From assembly GCA_913061275.1 (NCBI GenBank), contig CAJXSR010000007.1, forward strand, positions 29,410-93,409: a stretch of DNA of 64,000 nucleotides, written 5' to 3'. The notes beneath the pieces are model-generated. The model saw only the letters and a list, made by a program, of their open reading frames with translations, made no database searches and was not told the origin of the DNA. The first letter of the stretch is position 1, and each line of letters starts with the position of its first letter. This document shows positions 9,856 to 19,623 of this stretch, one piece after another. The position numbers were made by a program, and so were the translations under genes. Source of the stretch: an uncultured Rhodobacteraceae bacterium (lineage in GTDB: Bacteria > Pseudomonadota > Alphaproteobacteria > Rhodobacterales > Rhodobacteraceae).

Positions 9856-11799
9856 ATGAGTCTGCCACCTGGTTTTATTGATGAATTGCGTGACCGTTCC
9901 TCGATCGCACAGGTCGCAGGGCGCAAAGTGTCGTGGGATGCGCGTAAATCTAACCCCGGCAAGGGCGATTATTGGTCACCCTGCCCGTTTCATGCAGAAA
10001 AAACCGCGTCTTTTCATGTGGACGATCAAAAAGGGTTTTATTACTGCTTTGGTTGCCACGCCAAAGGCAATGTTTACAGTTTCATCCAAGAAACCGAAAA
10101 CGTGAATTTCATGGAAGCAGTAGAAATTTTGGCCCGTGAAGCTGGCATGCCGATGCCTGCCCGTGACCCCGCCGCACAACAAAAGGCGGATCAGCGCACA
10201 GTACTTGTAGATGTGATGGAACAAGCCGTGCAGTTTTACCGCCTACAACTGCGCACGAATAACGCATCAAACGCACGCGATTATCTGGTAAAACGCGGGC
10301 TACCCGAAGCAATTTTGGAACAGTTTCAAATTGGCTATGCAGACAATAACCGCAATGGGTTGTTTCAGCACCTAACTGGAAAAGGTGTTTCCCCCGATGA
10401 TATAGTTGAAGCTGGCCTTGCCATCAAGCCCGATGATGGCGGCAACCCGTTTGACCGGTTTCGCAACCGCATCATGTTCCCGATACGCGATGCCCGTGGT
10501 CGATGCACGGCATTTGGTGGCCGTGCAATGGATGCAAATCAACCCGCTAAGTATTTGAATTCACCTGAAACCCCGTTGTTTGACAAGGGGCGATCGCTAT
10601 ACAATCACCAACCCGCACGCGAAGCCGCAGGTAAGGTGCAAAGCTTGATCGTAGCCGAAGGTTATATGGATGTAATCGCCCTGTCACAAGCTGGCTTTAA
10701 GCATTCTGTAGCCCCGTTAGGCACCGCAATTACCGCCGATCAGCTACAACTAATGTGGCGCATAACCCCTGAGCCGATTATCGCCCTTGATGGCGACAAA
10801 GCAGGCCTGCGGGCCGCAATGCGCTTGATCGATGTCGCCCTGCCATTATTGGAAGCTGGTAAATCTTTGCGGTTTTGCATCCTGCCAGAAGGACAAGACC
10901 CTGATGATTTGATAAAAGCATCTGGCGCCAAAGCGATGCAAGCCTTGTTGGACACAGCACAACCAATGGTCAAACTGCTATGGCAACGTGAAACGGAAGG
11001 TAAAGATTTTGACAGCCCCGAACGCCGTGCCGCCCTAGATGCCAGCCTGCGCACCACTTTGAACACCATCCAAGACCGCTCTATAAAGTCGCATTACGGC
11101 CAGATTATAAAAGATTTCCGGTTTGACCTATTTCGCCAAAAACGCCCTGAACAATCTTGGGGCAACAAAGATTGGCGTAAAAAAGCACCCGAAAAAGCCT
11201 CGGAAGGTTTAAAATCATCCCTGCTGGCACAAGGGGTACAGGCCGATGTGTTGGTGCGCGAAGCAGTGATTTTAATGTCCGCGATTTTACACCCCCAAGC
11301 GGCCCTTGAAAAAGAAACCGCCCTAGAAAAATGCCATATTAGCACAGCTCATTTTAAGGAAATTCATAACGCACTCTTGGCAAACCTGCATGAAGACCTA
11401 TCTAACGATAACACCGCATTTGATCTGGCAGATAAAATGACCAGTGCTTTGGGCTACAACCCTGTTGACCGTTTGGCAGAGCTAAAAGCCATCCGAACCC
11501 ATCCATATTTACGGATTGGTGCGGATATAACGCAGATTAAACGCACCTTAGAAGAAGAGTTAACAAAACATGCGGCAATTTTGGGCGCCTTAAAGGAAAT
11601 GCAAGAAGCCGAAGAAGAATTATCAGGATTAGCTGATGAATCAACCACTTGGCGCATTCAACAAGCGACCCAAGCACGTGAAAAGGCCACCAGAACGACC
11701 TACGGAAATGAAGATAATAGCGGTGATGACAGTGAAAACCTATCACAAGAGTTGCAAAAAATGCTCGATGATCAGATTTGGGTAAAGAAAAAACCATAA
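9856..11799 (+). CDS. dnaG: DNA primase
   Basis: Zinc-binding CPFHAEKTASFHV...YYCFGCHAKG and TOPRIM EGYMDVIAL...DGDKAG. Confidence 0.96.
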   Translation: MSLPPGFIDELRDRSSIAQVAGRKVSWDARKSNPGKGDYWSPCPFHAEKTASFHVDDQKGFYYCFGCHAKGNVYSFIQETENVNFMEAVEILAREAGMPMPARDPAAQQKADQRTVLVDVMEQAVQFYRLQLRTNNASNARDYLVKRGLPEAILEQFQIGYADNNRNGLFQHLTGKGVSPDDIVEAGLAIKPDDGGNPFDRFRNRIMFPIRDARGRCTAFGGRAMDANQPAKYLNSPETPLFDKGRSLYNHQPAREAAGKVQSLIVAEGYMDVIALSQAGFKHSVAPLGTAITADQLQLMWRITPEPIIALDGDKAGLRAAMRLIDVALPLLEAGKSLRFCILPEGQDPDDLIKASGAKAMQALLDTAQPMVKLLWQRETEGKDFDSPERRAALDASLRTTLNTIQDRSIKSHYGQIIKDFRFDLFRQKRPEQSWGNKDWRKKAPEKASEGLKSSLLAQGVQADVLVREAVILMSAILHPQAALEKETALEKCHISTAHFKEIHNALLANLHEDLSNDNTAFDLADKMTSALGYNPVDRLAELKAIRTHPYLRIGADITQIKRTLEEELTKHAAILGALKEMQEAEEELSGLADESTTWRIQQATQAREKATRTTYGNEDNSGDDSENLSQELQKMLDDQIWVKKKP

Positions 11800-11879
11800 T
11801 GTCATTGCGAATCATTGGTTCGCAGTGTTGATTCGCCCCTGTTACGGGTGATTCGTTTAACCCCTAAAGGGAGCAAGAA

Positions 11880-13880
11880 ATGGCAGCTAAAGATACTGGG
11901 CAAGGTAAGAATGAACAGGCAGACGGTGCCTCTTCAATTTCGGATAACAGCCAGGCCAATATCAAAAAGATGATTTCGGTTGCGCGCGCGCGCGGCTATA
12001 TCACTTATGACGAACTGAATGAGGTACTGCCACCCGATCAGGTTTCATCAGAACAAATCGAAGATGTGATGTCGATGCTGTCTGAAATGGGTATTAACAT
12101 CATCGAAAGCGATGATGCCGAGGACGATGGCCCACGTGATCTGACGGTTGTTGAAGCTGACAAAAAAGAACTGGCCCTTGCAAATACTGGCGAAGCCAAA
12201 CTTGACCGCACGGATGATCCTGTTCGTATGTACCTGCGCGAAATGGGTTCGGTTGAACTGCTGTCACGCGAAGGCGAAATTGCGATTGCCAAACGCATAG
12301 AGGCAGGCCGCAACACAATGATTGCAGGGCTTTGCGAAAGCCCGCTAACCTTCCAAGCGATTACCATCTGGCGCGAAGAGCTGTTGGACGAAGAAATTTT
12401 GTTGCGCGATGTGATCGATCTGGAAACCACCTTTGGTGAAACCATGGAAGACGGCGATGTCGTACCTGTGGCCAGCACATTAGGCTCAACACCTGCAAAT
12501 ATGAAAGTTGCCCCTGTCAAAAAAGAACCAGAACCCGTTCAAGAAGTTGATGCAGACGGTAATCCAATACGCTCTGACGACGACGATGAGGATGAAGACG
12601 AAGCAGCAAACCTTTCATTGGCAGCAATGGAAGAAGCCCTAAAACCACAGGTTTTAGAAACACTGGCTAAAATAGCCAAAAGCTATAATAAACTGGCTGG
12701 AATGCAGGATGTACGTATATCCGCCACACTGAATGAAGACGCATCTTTTTCTGGAAAAGAAGAAAAAGCATATCAGAAACTGCGCACTCATTTGGTTGAA
12801 CAAGTTAATGCGCTGCATTTCCATAACAACCGTATTGAGGCCTTGATTGACCAGCTATACGGTATCAACCGCAAGATCATGTCGCTTGATAGTGGCATGG
12901 TGAAACTTGCTGACCAATCACGCATTAACCGTCGTGAATTTATCGAAGCCTATCGCGGGCGTGAGCTTGATCCGATGTGGATGGAAGATATTGCAGCACG
13001 ATCTGGCCGTGGTTGGATGACATTTATTGAAAAATACAGCGATAAAGCCGAAGCAATTCGCGCTGAAATGGCACAAGTCGGCCAGTATGTTGGCGTCGAC
13101 ATTCCCGAATACCGCCGCGTTGTTAGCCAAGTGCAAAAGGGCGAAAAAGAAGCCCGTGCAGCGAAAAAAGAAATGGTCGAAGCCAACCTGCGTTTGGTGA
13201 TTTCCATTGCCAAAAAATACACCAACCGTGGCCTGCAATTCTTGGATTTGATCCAAGAAGGTAACATCGGCCTGATGAAAGCGGTTGATAAATTCGAATA
13301 TCGCCGTGGCTATAAATTCAGCACATACGCAACATGGTGGATTCGCCAAGCCATCACGCGTTCCATTGCAGATCAGGCCCGCACCATCCGTATTCCGGTG
13401 CATATGATTGAAACCATTAACAAGCTTGTGCGCACAGGGCGCCAGATGTTACATGAAATAGGCCGCGAACCAACACCAGAAGAATTGTCAGCGAAGCTGC
13501 AAATGCCACTGGAAAAAGTCCGCAAGGTGATGAAAATCGCCAAAGAACCTATTTCACTTGAAACCCCTATTGGTGACGAAGAAGACAGCCAACTAGGTGA
13601 TTTCATCGAAGATAAAAACGCCATCCTACCCCTAGACAGCGCCATTCAGGGCAACCTGAAAGAAACCACAACACGGGTTCTGGCGTCGCTCACCCCACGC
13701 GAAGAACGCGTACTACGCATGCGCTTTGGCATCGGCATGAATACCGACCACACGTTGGAAGAGGTTGGCCAACAGTTCAGCGTGACACGCGAACGTATTC
13801 GTCAGATTGAGGCGAAGGCTTTGCGGAAGTTGAAACATCCGAGCCGTTCGCGAAAGTTGCGGAGTTTCTTGGATCAGTAG
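11880..13880 (+). CDS. rpoD: RNA polymerase sigma factor RpoD (sigma-70)
   Basis: Acidic region 1, and conserved regions 2-4 ([48 protein letters not shown]). Confidence 0.97.
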   Translation: MAAKDTGQGKNEQADGASSISDNSQANIKKMISVARARGYITYDELNEVLPPDQVSSEQIEDVMSMLSEMGINIIESDDAEDDGPRDLTVVEADKKELALANTGEAKLDRTDDPVRMYLREMGSVELLSREGEIAIAKRIEAGRNTMIAGLCESPLTFQAITIWREELLDEEILLRDVIDLETTFGETMEDGDVVPVASTLGSTPANMKVAPVKKEPEPVQEVDADGNPIRSDDDDEDEDEAANLSLAAMEEALKPQVLETLAKIAKSYNKLAGMQDVRISATLNEDASFSGKEEKAYQKLRTHLVEQVNALHFHNNRIEALIDQLYGINRKIMSLDSGMVKLADQSRINRREFIEAYRGRELDPMWMEDIAARSGRGWMTFIEKYSDKAEAIRAEMAQVGQYVGVDIPEYRRVVSQVQKGEKEARAAKKEMVEANLRLVISIAKKYTNRGLQFLDLIQEGNIGLMKAVDKFEYRRGYKFSTYATWWIRQAITRSIADQARTIRIPVHMIETINKLVRTGRQMLHEIGREPTPEELSAKLQMPLEKVRKVMKIAKEPISLETPIGDEEDSQLGDFIEDKNAILPLDSAIQGNLKETTTRVLASLTPREERVLRMRFGIGMNTDHTLEEVGQQFSVTRERIRQIEAKALRKLKHPSRSRKLRSFLDQ

Positions 13881-13882
13881 TT

Positions 13883-14392
13883 ATGGTTTGGCCAGATTAT
13901 TTCGACGAAGTAACCAACCTTATCAACTTCTGCGACGAGGCTGGAAGTGCGGTACCTGATTGGGAATATTGTTTTGAAAATATAACAAATGAAACTGATC
14001 TAGGCCGTCTTAAGGATAAAAATGCGAACAGTTTTGTTTATATATTTAAGATGGTTGGCAACAACACAGACGAAGTGAAAAAAGCCTTGTGTAAGCAAAA
14101 AACATGCAACCACACAAAACATAGAAAATGCCCTAAGGTTAATAAAAAGTCGTCACAGTTTTTATATGTTGGATCATCAAGGCGCAACATTCTGGGGCGC
14201 ATTAAACAACATTTAGGTCAATGTCCTGACGCAACCTACGCATTGAAGTTATTCGATTGGTTTACTGGTCATGCTCACCTTTATGGTCGGGAATATAGCG
14301 GGATAAGTCCAACGGCTTTACAAATCCTTGAAGACAGTATTTCAGAAAAATTGAAACCAATGTTCGGAAAACAAGGCGGAAACGGTAAGTAA
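13883..14392 (+). CDS. Hypothetical protein, GIY-YIG-superfamily-like (AT-rich, accessory)
   Basis: FVYIF ... LYVGSS-RRNILGRIKQHLG ... LQILEDSISEKLKPMFGKQGG resembles the GIY/YIG/Arg/Glu motif order, with a long Cys/His/Lys-rich insert between the first two motifs. ATG lies 2 nt after the rpoD stop. Confidence 0.55.
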   Translation: MVWPDYFDEVTNLINFCDEAGSAVPDWEYCFENITNETDLGRLKDKNANSFVYIFKMVGNNTDEVKKALCKQKTCNHTKHRKCPKVNKKSSQFLYVGSSRRNILGRIKQHLGQCPDATYALKLFDWFTGHAHLYGREYSGISPTALQILEDSISEKLKPMFGKQGGNGK

Positions 14393-14394
14393 TC

Positions 14395-14522
14395 CGTAGG
14401 GTGGGCTATAGCCCACGCGTTGCAAGGATCAATCAAACGCAAGTGTGTTTTATGGTGTGTAGATTGGAACGATGTGTCTGACTTGTCTGATGGTAAAGGT
14501 GGGCTAAAGCCCACCCTACGCG
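14395..14522. repeat. Inverted pair of REP-like palindromic elements (CGTAGGGTGGGCTWWAGCCCAC)
   Basis: 14395-14419 CGTAGGGTGGGCTATAGCCCACGCG and 14498-14522 GGTGGGCTAAAGCCCACCCTACGCG are near-exact reverse complements. Each has a GTGGGCT-WW-AGCCCAC hairpin core. Confidence 0.8.
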
Positions 14523-14576
14523 TTCACTGAACACAACTCATTCACACACATAAAAATTAACAATACCATTATTTAT

Positions 14577-14610
14577 CAACACCTTAACCTCCTGTCCCAA
14601 CTGGGACATC
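14577..14610 (+). repeat. Copy C of repeated intergenic element (CAACACCTTAAC-N6-TGTYCCAACTGGGACATC)
   Basis: 34 nt with 5 mismatches to 57850-57883. Confidence 0.7.
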
Positions 14611-14666
14611 CAAATTATTTACAGACCCTGGATGCGACCTTAAAATATAAAAAAGGAACCCACCCA

Positions 14667-15029
14667 ATGTCTACACTGGCCCGGATCGTCGTCGCCCTCA
14701 TCGCCATACTTCTCCTCTATATCGCATGGTTTGAAATGTTCGCGTGGGTTAGTCGCGGGCCAAAAGTGTTTAAAGATTTCCCCTAAGACCTGTTTGAACC
14801 CACAAAAACGTTGGCAGCCAATCAAGGGTTATATAACGGGTTTCTTGCGGCGGGATTGATCTGGTCACTCTTCATCCAAGACCCAATTTGGCAACCACAT
14901 ATCGCAACCTGTTTTCTGCTTTTTGTAGCCGTCGCAGGGCTTTATGGCGCTGCCACCGCATCAAAGCGGATTTTATATGTGCAAACAGTCCCTGCGGCTA
15001 TAGGAATGGCCTTAATATATTATAGTTAA
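14667..15029 (+). pseudogene. DUF1304-family membrane protein interrupted by an in-frame TAA (codon 40, 14784-14786)
   Basis: A single frame reads MSTLARIVVALIAILLLYIAWFEMFAWVSRGPKVFKDFP*DLFEPTKTLAANQGLYNGFLAAGLIW... Both halves fit one DUF1304-type protein. Confidence 0.7.
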
Positions 15030-15139
15030 AGGATCATTCACAATACGATGAAGGATCACAGTGTGTTTATCCCTAAAATCACAAGGGTAAAACCTGCTAG
15101 TATCTTCCCATCCAACACGCTTTGCGCTATCCATTCTTC

Positions 15140-15760
15140 ATGACGGTAAAAGCCTCAAAAATCTGCTGCACCCGTGGTGTGCGCCAAGTCCTGCAAGATG
15201 TCAGTTTTAACCTTGCATCGGGCGACTGCCTAATCCTGCGCGGCCCCAACGGCGTGGGCAAATCCACCTTGTTGCGTGTGCTAGCGGGCCTTAGCCAGGC
15301 TACAACAGGTAAGTTGGATTTAGACCCAGATGATGTCGCCTATTCGGGCCATTTGGATGCGGTGAAATTTCAGCTAACCGTTGCAGAAAACCTGTCATTC
15401 TGGGCCGGTGTTTACGGCACAAACATGACGGATGAGGTCATTAAAAATTTCGGCCTGAAGCCGCTAAAAAACCGCCTTGCCGCCAATCTATCCGCAGGCC
15501 AAAAACGTCGCCTAGGGTTAGCGCGGATGACCCTTTCGGGCCGAAAAATATGGCTGATGGATGAACCTACAACGTCACTTGATGCGCAACACACTACCCT
15601 AATTGCCCAATCCATATCGGCACATTGCGCATCGGGTGGCATTGCCATTTTATCTACGCATCTTGATCTGGATATTGCATGTGCCAAAATCCTTAATCTG
15701 GCACAATTTGCACCGAACCGCACGACCGATACATCAGTCTTTTTGGAAGGGTCATTCTAA
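15140..15760 (+). CDS. ccmA: Cytochrome c biogenesis heme-exporter ATPase CcmA
   Basis: Walker A GPNGVGKST and signature LSAGQKRRLGLAR, followed by ccmB. The track ORF begins at 15122; ATG 15140 is preferred. Confidence 0.9.
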   Translation: MTVKASKICCTRGVRQVLQDVSFNLASGDCLILRGPNGVGKSTLLRVLAGLSQATTGKLDLDPDDVAYSGHLDAVKFQLTVAENLSFWAGVYGTNMTDEVIKNFGLKPLKNRLAANLSAGQKRRLGLARMTLSGRKIWLMDEPTTSLDAQHTTLIAQSISAHCASGGIAILSTHLDLDIACAKILNLAQFAPNRTTDTSVFLEGSF

Positions 15761-16420
15761 ATGTTGGCCCTGTTCACCCGAGATTTGAAATTGGCGTTCC
15801 GCTCTGGCGGTGGCTTTGGGTTGGCATTGGCGTTTTTCCTGATCGTAGTGATGTTTGTCCCCTTTGGTGTCGGTTCTGATCTCAACCTTCTAGCCCGCAT
15901 CGCACCTGGAATTTTATGGATCGGCGCATTGCTGGCCTGCCTTTTATCGCTCGACCGTATTTTTCAACTGGACTATGAGGATGGTACTTTAGACGTTCTG
16001 GCCACATCCCCCCTACCGCTTTCAGGCATTGCCGCTGCAAAGGCTACGGCGCACTGGGTAACAACAGGTCTGCCTTTAACACTTGCCGCCATACCTTTGG
16101 GTTATCTTTTAAACATGCCTGCGCCTGCCTACATTTGGCTGCTTACAAGCCTTGCCATCGGCACACCTGCCCTATCATTCATCGGCGCATTCGGGGCTGC
16201 AATAACTGTGGGCATCAAACGAGGTGGGCTGCTTTTATCTTTGCTTGTCTTACCACTTTACATCCCAACCCTGATCTTTGGTGCAGTCACAGTCACTAAA
16301 TCTATTGAAGGAACAAACCCGCTGCCCAGCCTAGTTCTATTGGCAGGTCTAACCTTGTTCAGCTTGGTAATAATGCCATTTACCAGCGCATTGGCATTAA
16401 AATCCAATCTGAAAAGCTAA
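15761..16420 (+). CDS. ccmB: Heme exporter permease CcmB
   Basis: 219-aa polytopic protein with a typical CcmB N-terminus (FTRDLKLAFRSGGG). Confidence 0.92.
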   Translation: MLALFTRDLKLAFRSGGGFGLALAFFLIVVMFVPFGVGSDLNLLARIAPGILWIGALLACLLSLDRIFQLDYEDGTLDVLATSPLPLSGIAAAKATAHWVTTGLPLTLAAIPLGYLLNMPAPAYIWLLTSLAIGTPALSFIGAFGAAITVGIKRGGLLLSLLVLPLYIPTLIFGAVTVTKSIEGTNPLPSLVLLAGLTLFSLVIMPFTSALALKSNLKS

Positions 16421-16448
16421 GGGTAAACTGTGGCTTGACAGTATTTAA

Positions 16449-16472
16449 ATATATCAATAATTCATGATATAT
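16449..16472. promoter_or_regulatory. 8-8-8 inverted repeat ATATATCA-N8-TGATATAT overlapping the arsR start (candidate ArsR operator)
   Basis: Perfect 8-bp arms seen directly. ArsR/SmtB repressors bind dyads at their own promoters. Confidence 0.35.
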
Positions 16473-16842
16473 GGATATAACAACCGCACCCACAGCCTTT
16501 TCCGCCCTAAGTCAGCCGACCCGACTAAATGTTTTTCGTTTGCTTGTTAAGGCAGGCAACATTGGTATGTTGTCAGGGGAATTGGGGCAAGCTTTGGGTA
16601 TTCGTCAAAATACTATGTCCGCCAATCTTGCGATCCTGCTTCAATCAGGTTTGATCCGAAACGCGCGCAATGGGCGAACCATTCGTTATTTTGCGGATTT
16701 TAACGGCATACACGGCCTGCTGGCCTTCCTGATGGAAGATTGTTGTGGTGGAAACCCCGCACTTTGTGAGCCTCTGATTACCCAATTAACCTGCAACCCG
16801 AATACACACAAGGAAGACAATGATGCTTGTTATTCATCATAA
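16471..16842 (+). CDS. arsR: ArsR/SmtB family transcriptional repressor
   Basis: Winged HTH (LSQPTRLNVFRLL...) and a C-terminal Cys cluster (EDCCGGNPALCE) like the C-terminal As(III)-site class of ArsR. Confidence 0.88.
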   Translation: MDITTAPTAFSALSQPTRLNVFRLLVKAGNIGMLSGELGQALGIRQNTMSANLAILLQSGLIRNARNGRTIRYFADFNGIHGLLAFLMEDCCGGNPALCEPLITQLTCNPNTHKEDNDACYSS

Positions 16843-17239
16843 CCCCGCTTGCGGTACGTCACGCAATGTACTTGCGATTATCGAAGCTAGCAATGAGCCC
16901 CATGTGGTCATTGAATATCTGGTCACAGGTTGGACAAAACCACAGTTACTAGGTCTTTTTGCCGCTGCTAACATAACCCCAAGACAAGCATTGCGTACTA
17001 CCAAATCGCCTGCCGACGAGCTTGGTTTGCTTGATGCCCAAGTGAGTGATGAAAAACTGCTGGATGCGATGATTGCACATCCTGTTTTAGTCAACCGCCC
17101 TATCGTATGTTCCACCAAAGGTGTGAAACTTTGCCGCCCTTCCGAAACCATTTTAGGAATGCTTGAAGATTTACCCGACTTCCCGATTGTAAAGGAAGAC
17201 GGCACTGTGATTATAGACAAAAATGGAAAAACCCTGTGA
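16820..17239 (+). CDS. arsC: Arsenate reductase, glutaredoxin-coupled type
   Basis: N-terminal [12 protein letters not shown] catalytic Cys motif. Confidence 0.92.
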   Translation: MMLVIHHNPACGTSRNVLAIIEASNEPHVVIEYLVTGWTKPQLLGLFAAANITPRQALRTTKSPADELGLLDAQVSDEKLLDAMIAHPVLVNRPIVCSTKGVKLCRPSETILGMLEDLPDFPIVKEDGTVIIDKNGKTL

Positions 17240-17946
17240 CAAACACCCCAAATATTACCGACGAACACTTTCACCCAATTAATACAACCCGATTGGGCCT
17301 ATCACCAAGTACGGCAAACCCGCCAAAGATATTATTACTTTATGGCTCATTACGAGAACGCTCGTTCAGCCGATTAATGTCGCAAGAGGCCGCACGTGTT
17401 TTGGATAAATTCGGGGCGCAAACCCGCATATACAACCCCTCTGGCTTGCCATTACCCGACGATCAGGACGAAACCCATCCCAAGGTGCAGGAATTACGTG
17501 ATCTGGTAACGTGGTGTGATGGCATGGTTTGGTGTTCGCCCGAACGCCACGGTGCCATGACGGGGATTATGAAAGCCCAAATAGATTGGATACCCCTGTC
17601 ATTGGGTGCCGTTCGTCCCACCCAAGGCAAAACATTGGCAGTGATGCAGGTCAATGGGGGCTCACAAAGCTTCAACGCAGTGAACCAGTTGCGTATTTTG
17701 GGCCGCTGGATGCGGCTTTTGACCATCCCAAACCAATCTTCCACACCCAAAGCCTTTCTAGAATTTGATGACAATGACCGGATGATGCCGTCAGGTAATT
17801 ACAACCGTATGGTAGATGTGATGGAAGAGCTGATGAAATTCACCCTACTGACACGCGGCAAAATGGATTATCTGGTAGAACGTTATAGTGAACGCAATGA
17901 AAGCGGCATTGATCTAATCAACCGCGTTAATACAAAGGCAAGTTAA
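17236..17946 (+). CDS. arsH: NADPH-dependent FMN reductase ArsH
   Basis: [17 protein letters not shown]...[12 protein letters not shown] motifs. GTGA overlap with arsC. Confidence 0.92.
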   Translation: MTNTPNITDEHFHPINTTRLGLSPSTANPPKILLLYGSLRERSFSRLMSQEAARVLDKFGAQTRIYNPSGLPLPDDQDETHPKVQELRDLVTWCDGMVWCSPERHGAMTGIMKAQIDWIPLSLGAVRPTQGKTLAVMQVNGGSQSFNAVNQLRILGRWMRLLTIPNQSSTPKAFLEFDDNDRMMPSGNYNRMVDVMEELMKFTLLTRGKMDYLVERYSERNESGIDLINRVNTKAS

Positions 17947-17951
17947 CCCCA

Positions 17952-18950
17952 ATGACCGCCCCTGACCAACAGCTTAGCGCCCCGACACTTGCCGACATTC
18001 AAGATGCAAAATCTGCCTTATCAGGGGTCACCATCCACACACCGCTGATGGAAAATTCGGAAGTAAATGCACGCCTTGGTGGACGCTTATTAATCAAAGC
18101 CGAAAATGCCCAGCGCACAGGTGCGTTTAAAATTCGCGGTGCGTACAACCGTATCCGCCAGATGGATGCAGATGAAAAAAAGCGCGGTGTTATCGCCTAT
18201 TCGTCGGGCAATCACGGGCAAGCCGTAGCACTTGCAGCCAACCTTGTCGGCACCAATGCCCTGATCGTGATGCCCAGTGATGCCTCTGCCCTGAAAATGG
18301 AACGCATTCGTGGGTTGGGCGGCGAAATTATCACCTATGACCGCGATGCTGAATTGGGTGATGACGCAGCCCGGCGCATACGTGATGCCACGAACCGCAT
18401 CATGGTACCACCCAGCGAAGATAAGCGCGTGATGGCGGGTGCAGGAACCGTGCCACTTGAATTATACGACCAAGCCGTTGCATGTGACGCAACCCTTGAC
18501 GCAGTCCTTGTGCCATGCGGCGGCGGCGGCTTAACCGCTGTTACAGCCATTGTAATGGCAAGCCTTAGCCCTGCAACTAAAGTTTATGCAGCTGAACCCG
18601 AATTGTTCGATGATACCTGCCGATCATTGAAGGCAGGCAAACGGTTGATCAACCCCGCAGGGCGCAAAACAATTTGCGATGCAATCATGACACCGACACC
18701 AGGTAAAACCACGTTTTCCATCAACAAGACCCATTTGGCAGGTGGCCTATCAGTTACAGACGATCAGGTGCGCATGGCGATGAAATGCGCATTTGACGAT
18801 TACAAATCCATTGTAGAGCCAGGTGCCGCTGTAGGTCTTGCCGCCGTTCTAAGTAGCCAGATTGACATCAAGGGCAAAACCATTGCCGTAATCATTACAG
18901 GCGGCAATGTAGATACCACCACATATTGCACGGCCTTAAAAGCTGCCTAA
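17952..18950 (+). CDS. PLP-dependent threonine/serine dehydratase family enzyme (fold type II)
   Basis: PLP-lysine motif TGAFKIRGAYN, SSGNHGQAVA, and a Gly loop (PCGGGGL). Confidence 0.85.
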   Translation: MTAPDQQLSAPTLADIQDAKSALSGVTIHTPLMENSEVNARLGGRLLIKAENAQRTGAFKIRGAYNRIRQMDADEKKRGVIAYSSGNHGQAVALAANLVGTNALIVMPSDASALKMERIRGLGGEIITYDRDAELGDDAARRIRDATNRIMVPPSEDKRVMAGAGTVPLELYDQAVACDATLDAVLVPCGGGGLTAVTAIVMASLSPATKVYAAEPELFDDTCRSLKAGKRLINPAGRKTICDAIMTPTPGKTTFSINKTHLAGGLSVTDDQVRMAMKCAFDDYKSIVEPGAAVGLAAVLSSQIDIKGKTIAVIITGGNVDTTTYCTALKAA

Positions 18951-18975
18951 AATATTAAAACATAGGGGAAACGCA

Positions 18976-19623
18976 ATGCAACGTAGATTATTTGCCGAAT
19001 GGCTGGGAACATTGTTTTTATTGGCCACAGTTGTAGGGTCGGGCATAATGGCCGAACGATTAGCAGGCGGAAACGTCGCCATCGCCCTATTGGGTAACAC
19101 CATTCCAACTGGGGCAATACTGGTTGTGTTAATCTTGATCTTTGGTCCAATTTCAGGGGGGCATTTCAATCCAGCCGTAACACTGGTTTTTCTTTTACGC
19201 AAAGAGATGAATAAGCATGAGGCCGTATTTTATGTAGGCGCACAAATCATCGGCGGCATCATCGGTGTGTTCATTGCCCATCTGATGTTTGACAACCCTT
19301 TGATAGACCCATCCACCCATGCCCGCACAGGCGTAAGCCAGTGGATTAGTGAATTTGTTGCCACCTTTGGGTTGGTCGCCACCATCCTTGGCTGTTTAAA
19401 ATCGCGCCCAGATACAATACCTTATGCGGTCGGTCTATACATCACCGCCGCATACTGGTTCACATCTTCTACATCATTTGCCAACCCTGCCGTAACAATC
19501 GCACGTGGGTTTTCCGATACTTTTGCAGGCATTGATCCCGCACATGTATTCGGTTTTATCATCATGCAACTGTTGGCAGCAATAGTAGCAAACTACACCT
19601 TTAAATGGTTATTAGAAGAATGA
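18976..19623 (+). CDS. MIP-family channel (aquaporin/aquaglyceroporin-like)
   Basis: Two NPA boxes (GGHFNPAVT and SFANPAVT) and six hydrophobic helices. Confidence 0.9.
   Translation: MQRRLFAEWLGTLFLLATVVGSGIMAERLAGGNVAIALLGNTIPTGAILVVLILIFGPISGGHFNPAVTLVFLLRKEMNKHEAVFYVGAQIIGGIIGVFIAHLMFDNPLIDPSTHARTGVSQWISEFVATFGLVATILGCLKSRPDTIPYAVGLYITAAYWFTSSTSFANPAVTIARGFSDTFAGIDPAHVFGFIIMQLLAAIVANYTFKWLLEE

Noticed and set aside
12038-12520. 160-aa minus-strand ORF inside rpoD
   Set aside because: Ser/Ile-rich low-complexity antisense shadow of the acidic rpoD region; fully contained in a certain gene.
14784-14786. In-frame stop in the DUF1304 gene as programmed recoding (Sec/Pyl)
   Set aside because: The codon is TAA, which is not used for selenocysteine (TGA) or pyrrolysine (TAG). 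A nonsense mutation or a sequencing error is simpler.
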